From Spirochaetia bacterium (GTDB taxonomy: Bacteria; Spirochaetota; Spirochaetia; UBA9216): DNA of 64,000 nucleotides. The DNA lies in the NCBI GenBank assembly GCA_963675665.1, contig OY776510.1:160001-224000 (forward strand), read 5' to 3'. Each line of letters opens with the position of its first letter. Within the stretch, counting starts at the first letter, position 1. The notes below the pieces were generated by a model. The model had not been told where the DNA came from. It did not search any database and saw only the letters and a list, made by a program, of their open reading frames with translations. Position numbers and translations under genes: made by a program. Positions 37,043-47,316 of this stretch are shown here, in pieces.

Positions 37043-38788
37043 CTATTCCTTGTTCTCTATCTTCTCATTTATCATTGACAGAAAATCGGCAAAAGGTACG
37101 CCGTTTGTCTGTTTCCCGGTGCGCAGCCTGACGGAAACAGCTCCTTCCAGTTCTTCCTTTTCGCCGATAATCAGCATATACGGAATCTTCTGGTTCTGGG
37201 CGTTTCGTATCTTTGCATTCATCCTTGAATCGGAAAGGTCCGCATCAACCCTGATTCCTTCAGCCTTAAGGTCCGCCGCCACTTTTTTGGCATAGTCGTC
37301 AAAGGCTGAGGCAACCGGGATCACACTGACCTGTACCGGCGAGAGCCAGACAGGAAAGGCGCCGCCGAAATGCTCGATAAGAACACCGAAAAACCTTTCT
37401 ATTGAACCCAGCAGGGCACGATGAACCACGTACGGCTGCTTTTCCTTTCCGTCGTGATCAACAAAAGTCATTTTAAACCGCTCGGGCAGGTTAAAATCAA
37501 ACTGTATTGTCGAAAGCTGCCAGTCGCGGCCCATGGCGTCTTTAACCTTGAGATCAATCTTGGGACCGTAGAACGCCCCGCCGCCCTCGTCAACATCGTA
37601 ATCGAGCCCCTGTGCCTCAATGGCCTTTCGCAGCGATTCGGTTGCCGCATCCCACTTTTCCGGAGCGCCCACGCTCTTGTCTCCCAGCGGCATTGTAGAG
37701 AGATATGCCTTGAATTCGGAAAAACCGAATGATCGCAGCATAAACAGCGAAAACCGAAGGGTCTCGGCAATTTCGTTCTCCATTTGCTCCGGAGTACATA
37801 TTATATGCGCATCATCCTGGGTGAATCCCCGGACACGCATAAGCCCGTGAAGAACTCCGGATTTTTCATAGCGGTAAACCGTTCCCAGCTCGGCCCACCG
37901 GCATGGAAGCTCGCGATATGAACGCTTTGAGTTGTTGTAAATCATAATATGAAAAGGACAGTTCATCGGCTTTGCGTAATAGTCGCTGGCATCCATTTCC
38001 ATCGAGTTGAACATTCCTTCCTTGTAAAAATCAAGGTGTCCGGAAGTTTCCCACAGCCAGGACTTGCCGACATGGGGTGTATAAACCATCTCGTAACCGT
38101 TTTTGTAGTGTTCTTTTCTCCAGAAATCCTCGATGGCAAGTCTTATTCTGGCGCCTTTTGGGTGCCAGTAAACAAGCCCCGGACCGGCATCTTCATGCAA
38201 GCTGAACAGATCAAGCTCTCTGCCCAGTTTGCGGTGATCGCGCTTTTCCATTTCTTCAAGGTGCTGCAAATGCATACGCAGGTCTTTGGGATTGGTCCAG
38301 GCGGTTCCGTAAATTCGTTGCAGCATAGGGCGGCTCTCGTCGCCGCGCCAGTACGCGCCTGCAATACTCAACAGTTTAAATGACTGCGGGTTAAGCTTTC
38401 CCGTATTTTCCACATGCGGGCCTCGGCAGAGATCGGTAAACCCGCCCTGGTTATAGGTTGTGATAACCTCGTTTTCGGGCAGTTCATTGATGAGCTCAAT
38501 CTTATAAGGCTGATCCTTGAACATTTCAAGGGCCTCGGTTTTGGTAACCTCTTTTCTGATGAAATCCTTGCCGGCTTTCATGATCCCGCGCATACCGTCG
38601 CTGATTTCTTCCAGATCTTCCGGCGTCAATGATCTGGGCAGTTCAAAGTCATAGTAAAAACCGTTTTCAATCGAAGGCCCGATTGCAATCTTTGCCTCCG
38701 GGAATTTCTCAAGAACAGCCTCCGCCATGATATGCGCGGTAGAATGCCTGATCAAATCAAGTTTTCCCTGTTTCTCGTCGTTTTTCAT
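37043..38788 (-). CDS. thrS: threonine--tRNA ligase (short form lacking the N-terminal TGS domain)
   Basis: RHSTAH, DLCRGPH, RDHRKLG, KPMNCP, RVRGFTQDDAH, GAFYGPKID, HRALLGSIERF motifs. Confidence 0.98.
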   Translation of the reverse strand: MKNDEKQGKLDLIRHSTAHIMAEAVLEKFPEAKIAIGPSIENGFYYDFELPRSLTPEDLEEISDGMRGIMKAGKDFIRKEVTKTEALEMFKDQPYKIELINELPENEVITTYNQGGFTDLCRGPHVENTGKLNPQSFKLLSIAGAYWRGDESRPMLQRIYGTAWTNPKDLRMHLQHLEEMEKRDHRKLGRELDLFSLHEDAGPGLVYWHPKGARIRLAIEDFWRKEHYKNGYEMVYTPHVGKSWLWETSGHLDFYKEGMFNSMEMDASDYYAKPMNCPFHIMIYNNSKRSYRELPCRWAELGTVYRYEKSGVLHGLMRVRGFTQDDAHIICTPEQMENEIAETLRFSLFMLRSFGFSEFKAYLSTMPLGDKSVGAPEKWDAATESLRKAIEAQGLDYDVDEGGGAFYGPKIDLKVKDAMGRDWQLSTIQFDFNLPERFKMTFVDHDGKEKQPYVVHRALLGSIERFFGVLIEHFGGAFPVWLSPVQVSVIPVASAFDDYAKKVAADLKAEGIRVDADLSDSRMNAKIRNAQNQKIPYMLIIGEKEELEGAVSVRLRTGKQTNGVPFADFLSMINEKIENKE

Positions 38789-38821
38789 ATTTATCTCCTA
38801 CAGGCAGGATTACCCGGACAT

Positions 38822-39150
38822 AAAAAAACCCTTATACCTGCCGTCCTTACATTATTGTAAGGACGAAAAGCATAAGAGCTCTAAAAAGCCCCGCTTTCCG
38901 CGGTCCCACCTTACTTCGAAAAACTAAAGTGAGGCGTAGCCGAACTTTAGTTTTCGCACTCTCAGAGTTTACGCCTTCAGGGCGGCCTGAATTACTGGAA
39001 ACATTCGAAGGATGACAGCATCCTGAGAATGTCTCGTTCCGACAGGCAGCTCGGGAGTGGTTTTCACAGGGTATCGGTCCACATCTTCCAGCCGCAGGAT
39101 GCGTTCTCTGTTCACCGGAAAGCCCTCTTACTCGTCTCCGTCAATGCTGT
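38822..39150 (-). ncRNA. T-box riboswitch (Thr, specifier ACC) with transcription terminator
   Basis: Stem I GGAGACGAGTA...AGAGA...GCTGGAA...GAAAACCACTCC (ACC at 39061-39059); stem III 38920-38954; T-box AAGGTGGGACCGCG (38912-38899); antiterminator 3' side CGTCCTT; terminator CGTCCTTACA/TGTAAGGACG plus T7; TTGACA at 39186-39181. Confidence 0.93.
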
Positions 39151-39246
39151 TGTTTATAATATGCTCATTTGAAACAAATCTGTCAAGATGATCTTCTTCA
39201 GCTTATATTCTTCAGCGAAGCCCCGCAAGACAACAGGGGTTGATTA

Positions 39247-40131
39247 TCAGTTGATTTCGGAAGTCAGTTCAACGGATATAAAATGTATATCAACAGGTTC
39301 TTCATTAAAATCCGTCCAGCTGTCGGTTAGTCTCTCGACACCCAGATACAATGCGGCCCTGCCTGTTTCTCCTGAAACGGCGATCCCTCCGCGCAGGCTG
39401 CAGTCGATTCCCAGGGGCGCCAGACCTGTTACCAAAGTGTCTTCCGTTCGTTGTGTAAGTGAAACGGAACCGTCGGCCAATACGGCCAGCTGCGGTTCCG
39501 ATAAAAACTCGCCGCAAATCCTGAAAAATCCCGCGGCATGCCGCAAATCCGGCTGGGGCGGAGCTTCCTGAAAAACCGCGGGCAGGTTGATTCCTCCCTC
39601 AACCGCCATGTTTGCGGTTAAAAGAAACCGTCCGGCATCAACAAGTTTAAAATCGTCCCCTGGTCTGACGGCAAGGAACAGGAGATCATGAATCTGCAGC
39701 CGGACGGAACGCCGGTCAACCTCATGTTTGCAGTCGTGCTGAAACCCGGATTCAATTAGTACAGGGTTCAGATTGATGTACATTAAAAGACGTAAATCGG
39801 AAATAATCGAGCCTGCATTGAATATCCATTCACTTAAAGGTTCGGGCGCCGCGGAGAAATGAAAAGTTTCTTCGGCAAGCCCTGAAACTGCAAAAAAACT
39901 GCTCGAGAATATGTTGATATTAACTCCGCATTTCCAGTCATGGCCGAAATCCGGAACCTGCTGCTGATTAAGAACATGCCGGAAAGAAACCCAGCTGCCT
40001 GCTCCCGTCATTACCCCGGGGGTTTCGGAAAAAACAGGGGTATAAAAGATTTGAGGAGTTTTTACTACCTGGGCAAAGAGGGGGATAGCCATAAGCAGTA
40101 ATAAAAATGATATGTATGTTTTCTTTCTCAT
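39247..40131 (-). CDS. hypothetical secreted/outer-membrane protein
   Basis: Signal peptide (PLFA-Q), alternating beta-strand pattern, HDCKHEVD motif. Confidence 0.55.
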   Translation of the reverse strand: MRKKTYISFLLLLMAIPLFAQVVKTPQIFYTPVFSETPGVMTGAGSWVSFRHVLNQQQVPDFGHDWKCGVNINIFSSSFFAVSGLAEETFHFSAAPEPLSEWIFNAGSIISDLRLLMYINLNPVLIESGFQHDCKHEVDRRSVRLQIHDLLFLAVRPGDDFKLVDAGRFLLTANMAVEGGINLPAVFQEAPPQPDLRHAAGFFRICGEFLSEPQLAVLADGSVSLTQRTEDTLVTGLAPLGIDCSLRGGIAVSGETGRAALYLGVERLTDSWTDFNEEPVDIHFISVELTSEIN

Positions 40132-40204
40132 TCTTTTATCATATTATATCATATAAAATATCGGGAGCGACAATCTTCAACATTAGAGCGAGGTTCTATC
40201 AGCA

Positions 40205-41230
40205 ATGTACAGTTTTAAAAATGATTACTCCGACGGTGCACATCCGGCAATACTGAAAGCGCTTGCCGAATCAAACGATGTTCAAACGGAAGGCTACGGC
40301 GAAGACAGGTTCAGCCTTGAAGCGACAAACCTGTTAAAGCGTAAAATCGGCAGGAAAGATGTTGATGTTCATTTTATAACCGGAGGGACTCTTACAAACC
40401 AGGTCGCAATATCAGCTTTTCTGAAGCCGCATGAGGCGGTGATTTCAGCAAAATCAGGGCACATCTACGTTCATGAAACCGGAGCAATTGAAACAACCGG
40501 GCACAAGGTTATCCCGGTAGAGTCTTCGGACGGCAAGCTTTATCCAAAACAGATTGTGGATGTAGTTACGGAACATCATTTTGAGCATATGGTTAAACCC
40601 AGGCTTGTATATATTTCACAGCCCACGGAAACAGGAACCCTTTACTCCAGGACGGAACTTGAAGAACTTTGGAAATTATGCGGCAAACTCAACCTTCTGT
40701 TATACATCGACGGTGCAAGACTGGCTTCGGCAATTGCTTCCCGAAAAAGCGATACAACCTTACCCGATTATGCAAATCTGTGCGACTCTTTTTACATCGG
40801 AGGAACAAAAAACGGAGCCCTTTTCGGAGAGGCTCTTGTAATATGCAACGATCATCTTAAAAAAGATTTCAGATATCACCTGAAACAGAAGGGGGCTCTC
40901 TCGGCAAAAGGAAGGGTTCTGGGAATCCAGTTTCTGACGCTTTTCACTGATGATCTATATCTGAAGCTTGCAGCCCATTCAAATAAAATGGCCGAAAAAC
41001 TGCAAAGCGGGATAGAATCGGCGGGTTTTAAAATGCTGTTTCATTCATATACCAATCAGATTTTTCCAATCATGCCGGAAGAGGTTATTGCCGGGCTTGA
41101 AAAGAAATATCTTTTTTACCGCTGGGAAAAAACAGCAGACGGCAGCCCGACTATCAGGCTTGTATGCTCATGGTCTACGGAAGAAAAATACATAGACGAC
41201 TTTATCAAATCCTGTTCGGAATTCTCATAA
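40205..41230 (+). CDS. ltaE: low-specificity L-threonine aldolase (PLP, beta-eliminating lyase family)
   Basis: FKNDYSDGAHP, GYGED, GGTLTN, HETGAIE, YIDGARL, GGTKNG motifs. Confidence 0.88.
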   Translation: MYSFKNDYSDGAHPAILKALAESNDVQTEGYGEDRFSLEATNLLKRKIGRKDVDVHFITGGTLTNQVAISAFLKPHEAVISAKSGHIYVHETGAIETTGHKVIPVESSDGKLYPKQIVDVVTEHHFEHMVKPRLVYISQPTETGTLYSRTELEELWKLCGKLNLLLYIDGARLASAIASRKSDTTLPDYANLCDSFYIGGTKNGALFGEALVICNDHLKKDFRYHLKQKGALSAKGRVLGIQFLTLFTDDLYLKLAAHSNKMAEKLQSGIESAGFKMLFHSYTNQIFPIMPEEVIAGLEKKYLFYRWEKTADGSPTIRLVCSWSTEEKYIDDFIKSCSEFS

Positions 41231-41231
41231 C

Positions 41232-41258
41232 AGGAGAAGCGCAGACCACGCTTCTCCT
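41232..41258. terminator. stem-loop between convergent genes
   Basis: AGGAGAAGCG-loop-CGCTTCTCCT immediately after the ltaE stop. Confidence 0.65.
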
Positions 41259-41308
41259 CCGGCTGTTTATACCTTTTCAAGCATTTTTATTTGCATCCAG
41301 GTTAATAT

Positions 41309-42139
41309 TTACTTCATTACATCACAGTCTGCGGTAAACTCCTGATTGACCCCGTATTCCCAGGGTTTATTGGGAGTTTCAGTTACATCGAAATATTTGA
41401 AACCTTCTTCATAATCGATGAGCTTTACATCCATGCCTTCATCTTCCGCTTTTTCCATAAAACTGCTTATTGAACTTTTAATGTTGTCTTCAAGCCCCTT
41501 TCCGGGTTTAACTACAAGCATCGAAGTATCCTTTCGTAGTTCATCATTCCAGGGCATCGTACCATAAAGAAAAACACCTGTATTCAGACAGTCCGAAAAC
41601 GGGCAATCCTCGCCGATGAAGGCCCTCAAAACATCAGGGCAGCACCCGCAATAGCCGACCATTCCAAGATTATCAGCTTGTATACAGAGTTCGTCAGTTC
41701 TGTTGACGAGATCGGTTATAAGCAGCTCCAGATCTTTGTCCGGATACGTAGGGTCATAGGTTACGGCAATCATTCCGTGTGCAGCAACAAGCGCCCCCCA
41801 GTCAATATGCCTGCCTGTATTCTTGGCTTTCAACCCGGCAAATCCATTATAAATCACAACTGCCGGAAGCTTGCTGTCAAACGAGAAACCTGGCGGATAA
41901 TAAATATCCATAAATTTATCCTGTGCATAACGGTCATTAACTTTAACCTGCACAAGATCCATCTGCGGTACCGTGTAAACTGTGCTTGCAACATTCAGCA
42001 ACAGCTCCTTCTCTTTCTGGCTTCGCCTTTTTGCTCCCGAAATTAAAGCTGTACCCGAATCGTCCCCGCTGCAGGCCTGTAAAACAAGTATTGATATCAT
42101 AACCAGGCCAAACAGTTTTTCTTTTTTCAAGATTTTCAT
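41309..42139 (-). CDS. alpha/beta-hydrolase-fold lipoprotein (possible premature stop; frame continues to 41267)
   Basis: Lipobox LQAC; MDIYYPP..LPAVVIYNG; GMVGYCGCCP at the nucleophile elbow; in-frame ILTWMQIKMLEKV* after the TAA. Confidence 0.65.
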   Translation of the reverse strand: MKILKKEKLFGLVMISILVLQACSGDDSGTALISGAKRRSQKEKELLLNVASTVYTVPQMDLVQVKVNDRYAQDKFMDIYYPPGFSFDSKLPAVVIYNGFAGLKAKNTGRHIDWGALVAAHGMIAVTYDPTYPDKDLELLITDLVNRTDELCIQADNLGMVGYCGCCPDVLRAFIGEDCPFSDCLNTGVFLYGTMPWNDELRKDTSMLVVKPGKGLEDNIKSSISSFMEKAEDEGMDVKLIDYEEGFKYFDVTETPNKPWEYGVNQEFTADCDVMK

Positions 42140-42602
42140 GCTTTCCTCCTCATGAATTGTGTTATTTTACATTCCGGGCGCACCACAAGCATAACACTGA
42201 ACGTACCCGTAAGCATATCCAGCAATTCTAATTATTAGCTTCGGAAGCGTTTGAATAATTATAGAATCTCTGAAAGATTATTAAAATTCTCTTTTCCTAG
42301 CATTTATTAGTACAAAATCACGCTTCCGGGCAGTCAGTATTACTCAATATGGCTGCAGCTGTGTGCCGCAGCTGGGGGCCCCTGTGCTGACGGAAAACAT
42401 AGCAGGCTTCTGCTCAAGTTTTTCGTCAGTGCAGGGGTCAGTAAGGGCTGTGTATTCATTTGATCGCAAGCCATATTGAGAATTGCTGAAGAATATCAAT
42501 ATGAATTGTAAAAATTTTGGTTTCCATTTATAATTTTAGTACGGAAACCTCTAATAACTGCAGTTTTTAGAATTTCCCATATATAAAAGAGGAAATTTTA
42601 TT

Positions 42603-43907
42603 GTGAAGGATATTTATATCCGGTGCATGGGTTGCCCTTCCCTTCAGATAAACGGAACCCCGATCAGCTTTCATAGAAGCAAAGCTTTCGTATTGATAGC
42701 CTATCTTCATATCACCAGCCGGGCATACAGCAGGGACGAGCTTGGCGCCTTTTTCTGGCCCGATCTGGACTCCAAAAAAGCAAAAGCCAACCTGAGGAAT
42801 ATATTATCCGAATGCAGGACAATTCTCGGCCCGGAAGTTCTGAAGACGGACAACCGGACGGTTTCTCCCGGATCATTTGAGATAAAAAGCGATTATTCGG
42901 ATTTCTTGCGTCTTGCAGAATCCAGGGATCTGGAGGATCTGCAAAGAGCTTCAGAAATCTACCGGGAAGGATTTCTCAAAGGTATTGAGATCAGCAAGGC
43001 TCCGCAGTTTGACGACTGGCAGTTTGAAATCCAGCAACAACTTGAAGTCAGATATATTAACCTGCTGGAAAAACTTGTATCCGAAGCTCATAAATGTAAA
43101 AATATTTCGTTGGAAATTTCCTGGTTAAGGAAACTTATCCATACCAACCCGCTTTATGAAGAATACCACAGGTTACTTATTCAACGCTTTTCCGAATCAG
43201 GAGACTATAATTCGGCTGTTCATCAGTATGAAATACTGAAAAAATACCTGAAAGAAGACGGCAGCGGGCCGCCTGAATCCGAAACAATGAAATTGATTCA
43301 AATAATCAGAAAGGGGAAAAAGCAGAAAAACAGAACACAGGCAGATTCTCCGGATATAGAGAAAAATCCTAAAAAAAGGAATTCAATACCCGGAAAAAGG
43401 ACATATATCGGAATTGCTTCTATCTGCATTCTTATAATCTCCATATTTCTCCTGTTAGTGATTCATCCATGGTTACCATCTCCACAGCAAAAAATTTCAA
43501 TCGCTGTTTTACCCTTTGATTTTCTTTGTGATGATGACAATGCTCAAAAATTCGCAGAAAACTTCACTATAGAAATGATTAACAGCCTGGCAAAAGAAAC
43601 TTATATATCGATAACTCCTGCACAATCAGTTGTTAAATACAAAGAATCGATACTAAGTGTTAAACAGATAGCCGATGAGCTGGATGTTGAGTATATCATC
43701 GACGGTTCAGCTATGAGCTTTGCAGAATGTGTAAGATTTTCTGTTCAATTGATTGATATATCCACCGACGAATGCATCTGGACCGGTTCATATAACTGTG
43801 ATATGGACAACAGTCTTAAAACCCAACTTGAGGTGATACTATATCTGAAAACAAATATTAAAGAATCTTTAAAAACTGCGGCTTTCAGAGATTTACCCCA
43901 GATTTAA
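42603..43907 (+). CDS. SARP/BTAD transcriptional regulator with TM helix and C-terminal TolB-N-like (SIAVLPF) domain
   Basis: KAFVLIAYL..SRDELGAFFWPD..ANLR wHTH, YREGFL..FDDW BTAD, a hydrophobic helix, SIAVLPF..ELDVEYIIDGS. Confidence 0.8.
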   Translation: MKDIYIRCMGCPSLQINGTPISFHRSKAFVLIAYLHITSRAYSRDELGAFFWPDLDSKKAKANLRNILSECRTILGPEVLKTDNRTVSPGSFEIKSDYSDFLRLAESRDLEDLQRASEIYREGFLKGIEISKAPQFDDWQFEIQQQLEVRYINLLEKLVSEAHKCKNISLEISWLRKLIHTNPLYEEYHRLLIQRFSESGDYNSAVHQYEILKKYLKEDGSGPPESETMKLIQIIRKGKKQKNRTQADSPDIEKNPKKRNSIPGKRTYIGIASICILIISIFLLLVIHPWLPSPQQKISIAVLPFDFLCDDDNAQKFAENFTIEMINSLAKETYISITPAQSVVKYKESILSVKQIADELDVEYIIDGSAMSFAECVRFSVQLIDISTDECIWTGSYNCDMDNSLKTQLEVILYLKTNIKESLKTAAFRDLPQI

Positions 43908-43947
43908 TTGCATCTGCAAAACAAAAACCTGACGGGTTTATATTGTT

Positions 43948-45489
43948 TCAGCTGATCGATATCCTGTTTCTTCCGTTCTTTTTGGCTGTATAAAGTTCCC
44001 TGTCTGCATCATGAATTAAGCTGTCAATTGAAGAAGTCTCATCCTTTTTAATTCTGCTTATCCCAATACTGATAGTTATCTTTACTTCGGCTTCCGCCCA
44101 GTAAATTATCATTTTTTCCGTAAGACTGCGAATTCTTTCGGCAATCATTTCAGCGGTAATATGGTCAGTGCCGGGCATCAGAACAATGAACTCTTCTCCT
44201 CCGTACCGGCCGAATATATCTACCTCCCTGATATTGTCTTTTACCAATCCTGCAAAAACCTTTAAAACATGATCTCCGCATTGGTGACCATATGTATCAT
44301 TTACTGTTTTAAAATGATCAATATCCATTATTATTATCGAAAGATCACTATTATTGCGGCAGGCGCGTTTTACTTCCATCTCAGACAGAATTATAAGTTG
44401 TCTTCGGTTAAATATTTCGGTCAAAGAATCAATAGAAGCCAGATTTTCAAGTTCAGACTGATATCTTTTCTGCTCCGTTATATCATGAAAGGTAAGAATA
44501 CTACCGGTCATTTTTTTTCTGTTTCCGTAAAGATGCTGCAGAGACAGTTTAAAATGATAGATCGCAGAATCATTGGAATATTCAAAATCGTCTTCCGGCG
44601 GACATTGCGTTTGAAAAACATCAATGAGAACCGGATAACTTTTAAACACTTCATTAATTTCTTTTCCGATTCCGTACCGGATTATATTATCAAATAATTC
44701 GAGACATCTCCTGTTATAATCTACAAGTCTGAGCCCTGGATCAACAACAATTACCGCATCCTGCATTTCTTCAAATACTATTGATCTTGCTACCGGAATA
44801 ATATCAAAAAGAGAAAATCTGTAAATCCCGACCGCATAAAATATTGAGCTGACGGTAAAAAGGAACGGATTGATGTCAAGACCGTCCGGGCTCAACCCTG
44901 CGATATAGACCAGTAAAGCTATCCATTGAATTAATACTGCACCAATCATCAGCAATGCCTGGTTACGGTATACTTCAGAGGATCTGCGCAGGTAGAGGAT
45001 CAGGAAAACAGTCGATAAAAAAAGCACAAGCACAAGATATGTTATATGCAGAATATAAAACGGACCGGGTGAAAAACTCAATAAAGGTCCCATTGATGAA
45101 TTTATAACTGAAGGATCCATGTAAAAAAGAAAATGGTACTGATTTGTCCAGCGCATTATAAAAGTAATTACCGGAATAACAAACAGAAGTGCCAATCCTG
45201 GAAAAGACAGAATCCTGTCCCTTCCGGTATAACAGAGTATGAAGGTTGCAAAAAGACCTGCCTGAAAAGGTATTCCCAAATACTGAATTTTTGACCAGAA
45301 CAGCATTTCCTCTATACCGGAACTCATTAATTCAAAACTGTATCCGAATGCGTAGAAAGCACATGTCAGTGCAAATAATCCGAAACTGATATTCAGAAGA
45401 GTCTTTCTTCTTGTAAGAGTATAGACAAATAATGCCAGGGTACATGCGCAGGATATAAAAAGAAAATAATTTATTGCACCGGTTTTCAT
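43948..45489 (-). CDS. diguanylate cyclase with N-terminal 7TM (HisKA_7TM) and PAS domains
   Basis: 7TM region, MQDAVIVVD PAS, DSLTEIFNRR, DIDHFKTVNDTYGH, RYGGEEF, REVD I-site. Confidence 0.92.
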   Translation of the reverse strand: MKTGAINYFLFISCACTLALFVYTLTRRKTLLNISFGLFALTCAFYAFGYSFELMSSGIEEMLFWSKIQYLGIPFQAGLFATFILCYTGRDRILSFPGLALLFVIPVITFIMRWTNQYHFLFYMDPSVINSSMGPLLSFSPGPFYILHITYLVLVLFLSTVFLILYLRRSSEVYRNQALLMIGAVLIQWIALLVYIAGLSPDGLDINPFLFTVSSIFYAVGIYRFSLFDIIPVARSIVFEEMQDAVIVVDPGLRLVDYNRRCLELFDNIIRYGIGKEINEVFKSYPVLIDVFQTQCPPEDDFEYSNDSAIYHFKLSLQHLYGNRKKMTGSILTFHDITEQKRYQSELENLASIDSLTEIFNRRQLIILSEMEVKRACRNNSDLSIIIMDIDHFKTVNDTYGHQCGDHVLKVFAGLVKDNIREVDIFGRYGGEEFIVLMPGTDHITAEMIAERIRSLTEKMIIYWAEAEVKITISIGISRIKKDETSSIDSLIHDADRELYTAKKNGRNRISIS

Positions 45490-45600
45490 GTGTTGTCATA
45501 CTATGTCATGAAATAATTTAAGTCAATTCTGGTTTTAACCATCAAAAATAATACTATATAGAAAATTGACTTTTAGATCGAATAAACTATAATTAAGTTT

Positions 45601-47235
45601 GTGGTCAATTATATCGGCAAAGAAATACTGCTTGTTGAAGACGAAGCCATTATCGCAATGACTGAGAAAGCAGAGCTGGAATCCTACGGCTATACTGTCG
45701 AACATGCGCTTTGCGGTGAGGATGCGATTGATGCCATCAGACAACACACACCTCTGTTTGATTTAATCCTTATGGATATAGACCTCGGCAACGGCATTGA
45801 CGGAACTGAAGCAGCCCGGCAAATTCTTGAAATTGTTGAGGTGCCGATAGTTTTTTTATCAAGCCACACCGAACCGGATATTGTAAATAAAACGGAAACA
45901 ATAACATCGTACGGCTATGTTGTAAAAAACTCCGGTATTACAGTTCTGGATGCCTCAATTAAAATGGCCTTTAAACTGTTCAATGCCAATCAGTTAAACA
46001 AAAGAACTGAAGAAGCTTTGCAAAAGCAGATTTTAGCGTTGACACAGCCTTTTAATAAATCTGACGAAATTACGTTTGAAGAATTATTTAATCTTGAAGA
46101 TATCCAGAAACTTCAGGATGAATTTGCCTCTGCAGCAGGCATTGCGTCCATAATTACTCATAACGACGGAACACCAATTACGTCTCCCAGCAATTTCTGC
46201 AGGCTGTGCAATGATGTTATACGTAAAACAGAGAAAGGAAAGCTGAACTGCTTCAAATCGGACGCGTACCTGGGAAGATATAATCCCGAAGGACCCGTCA
46301 TCCAGCTATGTCTAAGCGGCGGGCTCTGGGACGCCGGCGCGTCGATTTCTGTCGGGGGAAACCATATTGCCAGCTGGCTGATCGGGCAGGTCCGCGACTC
46401 ATCGCAGAGTGAAGAAAAAATTCGCTCCTATGCAAGAATAATCGGCGCGGATGAAGACCTTGCGGCTGAGGCTTTCAGGGAAGTACCCGCAATGTCAAAT
46501 GAAAGGTTTACGCAGATCTCACAGGCCCTTTTTACACTGGCAAACCTGCTTTCCAATATCGCTTACCAGAACATCCAGCAGGCACGCTTTATTACTGACA
46601 GAAAGGCTGCCGAGAATGAAATAAAAAAACAATTGAAGGAAAAGGAGCTGCTTCTAAAAGAGGTCCACCATCGCATAAAAAACAATATTGCTTCGATAAG
46701 CAGTTTGCTGAATATCAAATTAAATGAAATCGATGACTTAAAATCAAAAGAAATCTTTCAAAATACAATATTACAGGTTGAAGGAATGGAGGTCCTTTAC
46801 AGCAAACTTCTTCGGGCTGATAAAAATACGGATATTCCAACGGATGAATTCGTTTGTGATCTGCTGAATTCAATCGAATCAATTTTTACCGACCGCATAG
46901 CAGTATCAATACAACACGACATTGAACCTTTCAGCCTTGATTCTTCAAGAATGTTTCCGCTTGGAATGATTATAAATGAGCTTGTTACAAATTCCATACA
47001 GCATGGATATGATGATAAATCATCCATGAATATCAATCTTTCACTGAAAAAAACCAATAAAAATATTTTTCTTTCCGTTCAGGACAGCGGCAAGGGTCTG
47101 CCGGACGGATTTAATATTGAAGAATCAACTGGCTTCGGCCTGATGCTGGTAAAGATGCTCGCCGATCAATTAGAAGGTTCGTTCAGTATTAAGAACAAAA
47201 ACGGAACAGTTTCCACGGTTGTATTTGAAATTTAA
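45601..47235 (+). CDS. REC-PocR-HisKA_2/HATPase hybrid sensor kinase
   Basis: ILLVEDE..LMDI receiver; PSNFCRLC..C..SD..CLSGGLWDA..IASWLIGQ PocR; KEVHHRIKNN, NELVTNS, DSGKG, GFGL. Confidence 0.88.
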   Translation: MVNYIGKEILLVEDEAIIAMTEKAELESYGYTVEHALCGEDAIDAIRQHTPLFDLILMDIDLGNGIDGTEAARQILEIVEVPIVFLSSHTEPDIVNKTETITSYGYVVKNSGITVLDASIKMAFKLFNANQLNKRTEEALQKQILALTQPFNKSDEITFEELFNLEDIQKLQDEFASAAGIASIITHNDGTPITSPSNFCRLCNDVIRKTEKGKLNCFKSDAYLGRYNPEGPVIQLCLSGGLWDAGASISVGGNHIASWLIGQVRDSSQSEEKIRSYARIIGADEDLAAEAFREVPAMSNERFTQISQALFTLANLLSNIAYQNIQQARFITDRKAAENEIKKQLKEKELLLKEVHHRIKNNIASISSLLNIKLNEIDDLKSKEIFQNTILQVEGMEVLYSKLLRADKNTDIPTDEFVCDLLNSIESIFTDRIAVSIQHDIEPFSLDSSRMFPLGMIINELVTNSIQHGYDDKSSMNINLSLKKTNKNIFLSVQDSGKGLPDGFNIEESTGFGLMLVKMLADQLEGSFSIKNKNGTVSTVVFEI

Positions 47236-47316
47236 CTTGAAATACGAAGCTTCCCCGGATAATTGCCCGGCCGGTTTTTATTTGACACCCGCAACCCGCG
47301 GGATTATCATGAAATC

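Noticed and set aside
37043-41230. thrS and threonine aldolase as a co-regulated threonine module
   Set aside because: They are on opposite strands, separated by an unrelated gene, and the T-box serves only thrS.
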